Made by a program: the position numbers and the translations under genes
Notes under the pieces: model-generated
Seen by the model: only the letters and a program-made list of their open reading frames with translations
The model's database searches: none
Told to the model about the DNA's origin: nothing
Source: an uncultured Nitrospinota bacterium
Lineage (GTDB): Bacteria > Nitrospinota > Nitrospinia > Nitrospinales > VA-1
Length of the DNA: 64,000 nucleotides
NCBI GenBank assembly: GCA_905612265.1
Contig: CAJQRI010000037.1
Coordinates: 26,268 to 90,267 of the forward strand
Direction of reading: 5' to 3'
Shown here: piece after piece, positions 54,017 to 61,372 of the stretch
Position numbering within the stretch: position 1 is the first letter of the stretch
Layout of the letters: each line of letters opens with the position of its first letter

Positions 54017-54105
54017 GGGATGGTGAAGGAAAGATTGCCTTTTGAAGAAGGTACAAGAATAAGGTTGCGGGCGTAGTCAAAAGAGATGCCTGCTGTAGTC
54101 AGAAT

Positions 54106-54142
54106 ATTCTCCCGGACGATTTCTGTTCGGGAGAATTTTTTT
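54106..54142 (+). terminator. Rho-independent terminator of pntAB
   Basis: ATTCTCCCG / CGGGAGAAT stem with a 13-nt loop, followed by TTTTTTT (54136-54142). Confidence 0.65.
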
Positions 54143-54198
54143 ATCCTGTAAATTTTTCCCGCGGATTCATCAGAGACCAATAAATCATCCTCCCGGCC

Positions 54199-54849
54199 CT
54201 AGTCTATTCCATGTAGATTTTTAAATGTCTTTTGCATAACGAGGGAGATCTTCCGGTTCATGCCAACTGCTAAAATTTCCCCAGTGGCGCGAGTAACAAC
54301 AATCAGTCGCTTGCGCACGGAGTCATAAACCATCCCGCTGGGATTGCCCAAACGGTTATCTTTTTTGAAAATAGAAATTTTGTGATCATTCCCGGTTTCT
54401 ATTTTGTAAATGGTGTTCGAGAAAACATCGGAGACATAAAGATTGCTTTCGTCATCAAATGCCAAGCCTCTCAATCGTTTCACGCCAACTCCAGTAAAAT
54501 CAATATGCCCTAGAGGTTTGCCGTTATTTTTATCGAACCAGCGCAGAGAATCGATATCGGTGACATAAAGGTGGTTGTCTTTAAGTGCTAATCCGTCGGG
54601 GGCATGCAGAGTTATTTGAGGGCTCCCTCCACGGATAGAAAGTAGAAGTTTTCCGGAACGATCGAGTTTTATGATGAAACCGTTGTTGTCTCGGCTCACT
54701 GGATTACCGTTGATATTTGAGATGAAGTAGTTCCCCAAAGTAGGATCAACAATAAAGCTCTGCGGAGTTTTTAATCCGTCAACACGGAAGGCCTCAGCAG
54801 GCAGGATTAAAAAGAAGCTGATGAATAAATTTGTTAGTATGATTTTCAT
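54199..54849 (-). CDS. Secreted NHL-repeat / beta-propeller protein
   Basis: 216 aa with a signal peptide. Repeated ...P.GLA.D....LYV.D....I... units (PDGLALKDNHLYVTDI, LRGLAFDDESNLYVSDV, PSGMVYD). Confidence 0.6.
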   Translation of the reverse strand: MKIILTNLFISFFLILPAEAFRVDGLKTPQSFIVDPTLGNYFISNINGNPVSRDNNGFIIKLDRSGKLLLSIRGGSPQITLHAPDGLALKDNHLYVTDIDSLRWFDKNNGKPLGHIDFTGVGVKRLRGLAFDDESNLYVSDVFSNTIYKIETGNDHKISIFKKDNRLGNPSGMVYDSVRKRLIVVTRATGEILAVGMNRKISLVMQKTFKNLHGID

Positions 54850-54881
54850 AAAGTGATTTTTCTAGAGCTCGAACAAAAAAG

Positions 54882-54952
54882 AAAATTCCCCCAACCCCCT
54901 TCGTGGAAGGGGGAGCTTCAATGGCCCATCTTTGCAAAAGATGGGCTGGGGT
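54882..54952. repeat. REP-like composite palindromic element (copy B) in a divergent intergenic region
   Basis: AAAATTCCCCCAACCCCCTTCGTGGAAGGGGGAGCTTCAATGGCCCATCTTTGCAAAAGATGGGCTGGGG. It has two hairpins, CCCCCTTC/GAAGGGGG and CCCATCTTT/AAAGATGGG. It shares its 5' module with copy C and the GGGGAGCTTYAATGG module with copy A. Confidence 0.65.
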
Positions 54953-55026
54953 AATTTATAACCTTCGTGCATCACACAAACTAACTTTAGCATAAATGAT
55001 TTCGTAACGATTCAATCAAGGTTTGT

Positions 55027-55362
55027 ATGCCCAAGTCGAACAGCAAAAATGAGATTTATATGGGAATGGTGTTGATGGGCGCCACCGGGCTGGCAATGGG
55101 CTTTGTAGTTCACAGTCCACTGCTGATGACCATCGCTGGAATATTGGGGCTGGTCGTGGGTGGATTCGTAGGATGGATTGGGGGTCGTCGCTATATGTTC
55201 ATCATTTGCCTAGGGATTTTAATCGGCGCCTTCTTTGGTTACCGCACCGGAGACCAGGACATCCTCATCATCGCTGCAGGAAGCGGAGGTGCCATCGCCG
55301 GATTCATCGGCGCACAAATTGAACAATTCTTCACTACTGGCCGTGGGGGCAGTGAACAATAG
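55027..55362 (+). CDS. Small Gly-rich membrane protein
   Basis: 111 aa with three hydrophobic Gly-rich helices (GATGLAMGFVV, IAGILGLVVGGFVGWIGG, IICLGILIGAFFG). No family assigned. Confidence 0.45.
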   Translation: MPKSNSKNEIYMGMVLMGATGLAMGFVVHSPLLMTIAGILGLVVGGFVGWIGGRRYMFIICLGILIGAFFGYRTGDQDILIIAAGSGGAIAGFIGAQIEQFFTTGRGGSEQ

Positions 55363-55465
55363 CCCGTTGAGCAGATAAGCTTTTCGCGGGTTAACTAGTA
55401 TTTGCTCCGTTGATGGTAACAACAACTCTTATTCATTTCAGTTAACTTTCGTCGGTAAGAAATAG

Positions 55466-55801
55466 TCATTTCTTCTCCTCAACAGAGGGATCTCCCCACA
55501 TTCTATTGACACGGCCAAAGTCGAACATGATATTTTGATGCCAAATTTTATCCTGTTCTGTGATGATATTGTTGTATGTCCAGATTTCTTTGCCTCTATG
55601 CTCCCACTTAACATCTGGTTCGCCGAGATTTTTTAGTACTTTTTCTCTTTTCGAGTTCATGAAAGTGGACTCGAACTCAATGACGGTATAGATATGTTTT
55701 TCGTTCTGAACTTTTCCTGCTTCTTCGTTTGCCCATACAGGGGAAAGGAGCAGGGTGACTATGAAAAAAATTATTACTTTTACTGAATGCACAGGAAACA
55801 C
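55466..55801 (-). CDS. Small secreted hypothetical protein co-transcribed with msrP
   Basis: About 108-111 aa with a signal peptide (VKVIIFFIVTLLLSPVWA). The more likely start is the second GTG at 55792, with GAGGTG 6 nt upstream. It begins 4-13 nt after the msrP stop. Confidence 0.5.
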   Translation of the reverse strand: MFPVHSVKVIIFFIVTLLLSPVWANEEAGKVQNEKHIYTVIEFESTFMNSKREKVLKNLGEPDVKWEHRGKEIWTYNNIITEQDKIWHQNIMFDFGRVNRMWGDPSVEEKK

Positions 55802-55805
55802 CTCA

Positions 55806-56771
55806 TTAATATAAGTGGGCTACTAAATCCCCATAACCATTATAGGGAAGGGTGGGGCGGATGTCTCCGGTGTCGATCATTTTTTCCTGGGTTTGAGGCC
55901 AGCGTGGGTGAGGGATTCGTGGGTCAACGTTGGCGGTGAAATCATATTCAAGTCCCTGCAAAGTGTTCCAGAACGTTGCCGGACGATAGTTGACCAACTC
56001 AATTTTTACAATGGATTTTATATTTTTAAACCCATATTTCCAGGGCACAACCAGACGAATGGGTGCGCCATGCTGCTTTGGAAGGGGGTGCCCGTAAATA
56101 CCGGTGGCTAAAAATGCCAATTCATTCATGGCTTCTTTAATTGTTAACCCTTCTACATAAGGCCATGGCTCCCAGAAAGCTAGTTGGCCTTGAGCTGTGA
56201 AGGGCTGGTAAAAAGTTTCCAGCCTAACATGAGTGGCTTCTGGTTTCGGTTCGACCTGCTTGAGAAGTTCGCGAAAGGCGAACCCGGTCCACGGAACGGC
56301 CATAGCCCAGGCTTCGACACAACGCAGTCTTAATACACGTTCTTCCAATGGCATAGTTTTTAGTAAGTCATCTATGTCGAACGTTGTGGGTTTGTTGACC
56401 AATCCGCGAACCTGAACAGTCCAGGGCCGGATGTTCAACTTTTGTGCGTAATGCACCGGGTCGATTTTATCGGTTCCAAATTCATAAAAATTATTATAGC
56501 TAGCGGCGATTTTTTCAACAGTTATGGGGCGGTCCAATTTATAAGCCGGATTTCTTTTTGCGGGATAGATGGATTTTTCCAGTTCACTCCACTTAACTTC
56601 AGGCAAGAAATTAGGAGGAGAAGAAGGGCCACAACCATAAAGCACTCCAACCGTGGCGGCGGTGGTCAGGGCCGTGCCTTTGAGGAATTCCCGACGCCGC
56701 ATATAGGCCGATTCTGGAGTAGCCAGGTTATCTGATATTTCCCAATCCTTTTTTATATGGATATGAGGCAT
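55806..56771 (-). CDS. msrP: Periplasmic molybdopterin-dependent protein-methionine-sulfoxide reductase catalytic subunit (YedY/MsrP family)
   Basis: 321 aa with a Tat signal (RRREFLKGTALTTAATVG). It has a sulfite-oxidase-family core with CVEAWAMAVPWTGF and APIRLVVPWKYGFKNIKSIVKIEL. Confidence 0.85.
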   Translation of the reverse strand: MPHIHIKKDWEISDNLATPESAYMRRREFLKGTALTTAATVGVLYGCGPSSPPNFLPEVKWSELEKSIYPAKRNPAYKLDRPITVEKIAASYNNFYEFGTDKIDPVHYAQKLNIRPWTVQVRGLVNKPTTFDIDDLLKTMPLEERVLRLRCVEAWAMAVPWTGFAFRELLKQVEPKPEATHVRLETFYQPFTAQGQLAFWEPWPYVEGLTIKEAMNELAFLATGIYGHPLPKQHGAPIRLVVPWKYGFKNIKSIVKIELVNYRPATFWNTLQGLEYDFTANVDPRIPHPRWPQTQEKMIDTGDIRPTLPYNGYGDLVAHLY

Positions 56772-56773
56772 GG

Positions 56774-57097
56774 TCAGTCCTTTGCGACCCAGTCATCAAT
56801 TCCCTTCAGGTATGCGGGCAGGCCTTGCTCGATAGGTAGCGCTATAATTTCAGGCACTTCATAGCTGTGGTTGTTCTTGACCCATGTTTCGAGAGCTTCA
56901 TATTGGTCCTGCCGGGTTTTGACGATTAAAAGGAATTCTTTGTCGACATGGATTTTATCTTCCCAGTAATAGGTCGACTGGACTTTTGGGAGAGTGCTGA
57001 CACAGAACGCCAGTTTGCTTTCGACAAGTCCCCGGCTTATTTTATCGGCTTCCTCTTTTGATCCGGCGGTGATGAATATTACGCAATGCTCACTCAT
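56774..57097 (-). CDS. cutA: Divalent-cation tolerance protein CutA
   Basis: 107 aa. VIFITAGSKEEADKISRGLVESKLAFCVS...STYYWEDKI...EFLLIVKT...HSYEVPEIIALPI is typical of CutA1. Confidence 0.85.
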   Translation of the reverse strand: MSEHCVIFITAGSKEEADKISRGLVESKLAFCVSTLPKVQSTYYWEDKIHVDKEFLLIVKTRQDQYEALETWVKNNHSYEVPEIIALPIEQGLPAYLKGIDDWVAKD

Positions 57098-57109
57098 GGC
57101 TAGGCTCCG

Positions 57110-57697
57110 TCAAAGAACAAATTTTAATAGATAAAAACCTAAAACCAGCAGGATGAAAAACACTATGCTAAAGAGGTTGAAATATTTTTCGATCCATAAT
57201 TTAATGGGAGGTCCAAATTTATAGATGATAAATCCGACGAGAAAAAACCTTGCTGAACGACTGATTGCCGATGCTAGGACAAATGTCGGGAAATCGATTT
57301 TGAACGCCCCTGCCGCCAAAGTGAAAACTTTATAAGGCAAAGGCGTGAAGCCTGCCGCCGCAACAGCCCATCCCTGATGTTCGTCATAGAGACCGCCAAT
57401 TTTTTCAAACTTGTCCTGCAAATGATAGAGCTCTACGATGCCATTGCCGATCAGGTCCATAAATTGATAGCCGATGAAATAGCCGAACATTCCTCCTAGA
57501 ACGGAGGCCGCAGAGCAGAACAAAGAAAATCGGATCCACAATGCCGGTAAGGCGACCGTCATGGCGATCAATAATATGTCGGGTGGAATTGGGAAAAAGG
57601 ATGACTCAACGAACGAAATAAAAAATAACGCCGGAAGTGCATAAGGAGTGGCGGCCCAGTGAAGGACCCAGTCGTAAATGGTTCGAATAATTTTCAT
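57110..57697 (-). CDS. DedA/YqaA (SNARE-associated) family membrane protein
   Basis: 195 aa. FISFVESSFFPIPPDILLI... and later GFTPLPYKVFTLAAG are typical of the YqaA/DedA family. Confidence 0.7.
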   Translation of the reverse strand: MKIIRTIYDWVLHWAATPYALPALFFISFVESSFFPIPPDILLIAMTVALPALWIRFSLFCSAASVLGGMFGYFIGYQFMDLIGNGIVELYHLQDKFEKIGGLYDEHQGWAVAAAGFTPLPYKVFTLAAGAFKIDFPTFVLASAISRSARFFLVGFIIYKFGPPIKLWIEKYFNLFSIVFFILLVLGFYLLKFVL

Positions 57698-57717
57698 AGA
57701 TAATAGTTTTATAAAAT

Positions 57718-60258
57718 TTATAGAAGGTTGAAGGGATCTACATCAATGGAAAGTTTGAATTTCCCGCTGGAGGTCGATCTAAGTTCGTTTAGTTCGCGGC
57801 AGTCTGCCAGAACACCTTGCAGGGCCTGCATGCTCTGACCTCGCAATATCAAGTGCCAGCGGAATTTATTTTGAATTTGATACAGAGCTGCTTTAGAGGG
57901 CCCCAATATTTCTACTCCTGATCTGGCCTGTCGGGTCAGGGCCCGTCCTATTTTTGCGGCAGTGTTTTGGCCAAGTGATTCATTCGCGCTGACAATTTCG
58001 ATAGCAATAAGCCGGGTGAAGGGAGGGTAGTTGAGTTGTTGTCTCAATTTTAATTCCCTCTCGTGGAAAGCGTTCACATCGTGTTCTCGCACAAACTCAT
58101 ACATATAGTGTTCGGGATTGTTGGTCTGGATGATAACCCTTCCAGGTACTTCCCCTCGCCCTGCGCGGCCTGCGACTTGAGTCATTAGCTGGAACGATCT
58201 CTCGCACGATCTGAAATCCGGTATATTCAATGACAGGTCAGCATGAACGACTCCAACAAGAGTGACGTTGGGAAAGTCATGTCCTTTAGTGATCATTTGC
58301 GTGCCGATGAGAATGTCGATATTGCCTGCGTTCATATTCCTGTGCATATCTGCGAAGGCGTTACGGCCTCGGGTGGTGTCTCGGTCAAGCCGGGTTACCC
58401 GGGCACCCGAGAAATTTTTCAGGACTTCTTCTTCCAGTTTTTGGGTACCAAAACCGCTGAAGCGAATCACTTCTCCATGGCATTCCACGCAGCTGTTGGG
58501 CATTCGCGCTGTGAAATTACAATAGTGGCAGAGCAGGCGGTCTTCCTTGCCGTGAAAGGTGAGGGTGACACTGCAATGGGCGCATTCTAATACGTAACCG
58601 CAATCAGGGCAAAAAACAAATCGGGCTGTTCCCCGGCGATTGAGAAACAGAAAAATTTGTTCGTTGCGAGAAAGTCTGTCACGAATCGCGCTACGTAAGG
58701 TTCCAGAAAGCATGGAAAAATTTTTAAACTCTTTGCGCTCGCGTTTCATATCTACTAAGCTGACGAGGGGTAACATGCGCTCGCCAATCCGACTGTCCAA
58801 CGACAGGTATTGATATTTCCCCAGTCGGGTGTTTTGCGTCGACTCGAGGGAGGGTGTGGCCGAACCCATAACAACGATGGCGTTTAACGAGCGCGCTCGC
58901 ATGACGGCGGTATCACGGGCATGATAACGGGGGTTAGAATCCTGTTTATAAGAGCCGTCGTGTTCTTCATCTATCACAATGATACCCAGATTTTTAAAGG
59001 GTGCAAACACCGCTGAGCGAGCTCCTACCGCAATCGAAACTTTCTCGTCACGAATTTTCTTCCACTCTAGATAGCGTTCGGTTTGCGATAAGCCACTATG
59101 CAGAATGGCCACCCGGTCTCCAAATCTTTGCCGAAACCGTTCCACTGTCTGCGGGGTGAGGGAGATTTCGGGAACCATCATAATTGCGGTTTTCCCAATT
59201 TCAAGAATGCGTTGGATGCACCGGATGTATATTTCCGTCTTGCCGCTTCCTGTTACTCCGTGGAGCAGAAAAGACTCGAACTTTCCGGCCTCGATGGCCA
59301 TATTGAGTTTTTCGAATACAGCTTTTTGTCCGGGTGTGAATGTCAGAGAAGCACCAAAAGGTTGGGTTAACGTTCCTTCAGCGACGAAAGCTGCACGTTC
59401 TTTTTTATCGGTAAAAATCTCGACCAGATTTTTTTCTTTGAGACCGCGCAATGCGGCTTGGCATTTTGGGATTTTGGTTTGCAGTTCTGGCAGACTGATT
59501 TCCTTTTGCTTTATCAGGTCGAATAACAATTTTTGTTTGGGACTGCGTTTAAGCAGGCTTTCTATTTTCTCTTCGTCCGGCAAGGGGCTGGTTGGGCGTA
59601 CCGATTTAATAAACTGATAGCCAACTTTGCTTGTTTTGGTATGGTGCGAAGCACCTAGAAACCCATCCTGCTTTAAACGGGCGAGGGTGTATGCGCTGAA
59701 ATTTTTCCCCAGTCCTTTTTGGCATTGCTTTAAAGTGGCAGAACCTTGCTGGCGAATATAGGCCAGAGTGTTGAGTGCTGATTTTGAGAGAGATCCTCCC
59801 TGTAGGGTTGCCTGTTCTGTCACAGAAAAAAATTCCCGGCTTTCATCATCAATTCCAGCTGGCAGCGCGGAACGGATGGCCTCTCCCCAGGAGGATTGGT
59901 AATACTCTCCCAACCATCGGGTGAGAACTAGAATCTCTTTGCTCACAATGGGGTGGGTGTCAGGCAGATCGGCAATGCTCTTGAGTATTATGGGCTTGTC
60001 CCATTTGTCTGCAAGGCTTACCACATATCCGGTGATACGCCTTCTGCCAAAAGGAACGAGAACCCGCATTCCGACCTGAACTTTACCCAGGAATTGCGGG
60101 GGAATCTTATAGGTAAATGCATCCTTGAGAGGAAGGTTGAAAACCACTTCGACAAAAGTCTTCTCGTCGCCGGAATGTTTTGCATCAAAAGACTCAATTT
60201 GGGTTTGTGTACTCATCAAGGGCAGGGCTTTCAGAAATTTATCAATTATACCATCCAC
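57718..60258 (-). CDS. priA: Primosomal protein N' (replication restart helicase PriA)
   Basis: 846-aa ORF. Motifs: LLHGVTGSGKTE (Walker A), IVIDEEHD (DEXH box), the Cys-rich zinc module CPDCGYVLECAHCSVTLTFH...CHYCNF...CVECHG, and GTQMITKGHDFPNVTLVGV. The start could instead be the internal MSTQTQ at 60216. Confidence 0.92.
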   Translation of the reverse strand: MDGIIDKFLKALPLMSTQTQIESFDAKHSGDEKTFVEVVFNLPLKDAFTYKIPPQFLGKVQVGMRVLVPFGRRRITGYVVSLADKWDKPIILKSIADLPDTHPIVSKEILVLTRWLGEYYQSSWGEAIRSALPAGIDDESREFFSVTEQATLQGGSLSKSALNTLAYIRQQGSATLKQCQKGLGKNFSAYTLARLKQDGFLGASHHTKTSKVGYQFIKSVRPTSPLPDEEKIESLLKRSPKQKLLFDLIKQKEISLPELQTKIPKCQAALRGLKEKNLVEIFTDKKERAAFVAEGTLTQPFGASLTFTPGQKAVFEKLNMAIEAGKFESFLLHGVTGSGKTEIYIRCIQRILEIGKTAIMMVPEISLTPQTVERFRQRFGDRVAILHSGLSQTERYLEWKKIRDEKVSIAVGARSAVFAPFKNLGIIVIDEEHDGSYKQDSNPRYHARDTAVMRARSLNAIVVMGSATPSLESTQNTRLGKYQYLSLDSRIGERMLPLVSLVDMKRERKEFKNFSMLSGTLRSAIRDRLSRNEQIFLFLNRRGTARFVFCPDCGYVLECAHCSVTLTFHGKEDRLLCHYCNFTARMPNSCVECHGEVIRFSGFGTQKLEEEVLKNFSGARVTRLDRDTTRGRNAFADMHRNMNAGNIDILIGTQMITKGHDFPNVTLVGVVHADLSLNIPDFRSCERSFQLMTQVAGRAGRGEVPGRVIIQTNNPEHYMYEFVREHDVNAFHERELKLRQQLNYPPFTRLIAIEIVSANESLGQNTAAKIGRALTRQARSGVEILGPSKAALYQIQNKFRWHLILRGQSMQALQGVLADCRELNELRSTSSGKFKLSIDVDPFNLL

Positions 60259-60507
60259 CCGGAGTGAGGCTGTGATATTTTTTCACTGCTTTCTTGCCCA
60301 GGAGGGGTGCAATAGGGCGAGATAACCGCTTTTCCAGCTTGAATAATTTATTTCTAGTAGTCTCGCTGATAGCCTTAGAGAAGGAAGAAAACATTGACTC
60401 GCTGGGTGTTTTCCTCTAATCTCAATTATTTTGAAAATACAGTCGTTATTCTGATAGTAGAAATGCTGTTATGAGCTGATTAATAGTTTTTAGCGAGAGG
60501 TTAAGTT

Positions 60508-60681
60508 ATGAAAGCGGGAGACAAGATTAAAATTGATTTTGCAGGAAAGAAAAAAGACGCCACAGTAGATAAAGTATTCGATAAAACGGTTTACTTGAAA
60601 GTGGATTTTGACAAGGACAAGCAAAAAACCGTTAAGCGTAAACTTAGTAATATAGACGGCGGGAAATCCAAGAAAAAATAA
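60508..60681 (+). CDS. Possible 57-aa basic protein (below the ORF-track size cut-off)
   Basis: Own translation gives MKAGDKIKIDFAGKKKDATVDKVFDKTVYLKVDFDKDKQKTVKRKLSNIDGGKSKKK. GAGAGG lies 9 nt before the ATG, and a hairpin plus T-run follows the stop. No family assigned. Confidence 0.4.
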   Translation: MKAGDKIKIDFAGKKKDATVDKVFDKTVYLKVDFDKDKQKTVKRKLSNIDGGKSKKK

Positions 60682-60702
60682 CTTCCTAGAGTCCTCTATG
60701 TT

Positions 60703-60740
60703 TTCCTATTCCCCTCCTATGGAGGGAGAGGAATATTTTT
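60703..60740 (+). terminator. Hairpin plus T-run after the small basic ORF
   Basis: TTCCTATTCCCCTCC-TAT-GGAGGGAGAGGAA imperfect stem, followed by TATTTTT. Confidence 0.45.
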
Positions 60741-61372
60741 AGGTGTTTTTTTAGCTGAATGCCTGACTAGTAATCAGCGGAAACTTTAATGTGCTCCTAA
60801 GCTGACTTAACTCCATCGGTTGCACGAATGATAGAAACAACCATTTAACCTGCCCCGTTCTTTTCGTCACCGCCTTCTTCTTTCTGTTTGCTCCGTGCTT
60901 CTTTTTCTGCTTTGGTAACTATTTGAATATGATTGTGAATAACTTTAATGCGCGACTCTGTTGGGGCTAGGCTATGGCGGGTATAATTCAACGCTATGAA
61001 AGTGATCAGTATAGAATCCCTATTTTCTGCTTATTTTTCGGACAGAAGATTTTTGATCCAGATAATTTGGAAACCCCTTGTTCCCATAACCTTTTCATTG
61101 CCCATGACGCAGGTTTTTCCTACTGATCATCTTCCTTTAACAGCTCCGTGGGCCACTCAGGGGTAAGATTTAGAATCAAATTGAAGAATTTAGAAAATGA
61201 CTGTTTCCGACCCAAAGCGGACATTGAACGTTATCGATCTCCTAAGTTGGAGGCACGGGTTTGATTCCCCTTAGGGCTAACATATTTTATTCCTTACGCT
61301 CACCAAATTTTTTTTCAGCTTTATAGAATTAAAATTATATACCGCTTGAATTTTTATTTTTAAAATTAAAAA

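Noticed and set aside
61229-61275. tRNA-like 3' fragment (GGCACGGGTTTGATTCCCCTTAGGGCTAACA), possibly marking another att site
   Set aside because: The T-stem pairs poorly. No matching acceptor 5' strand or full cloverleaf lies upstream. There is no second copy in the window and no integrase nearby. The evidence is insufficient.
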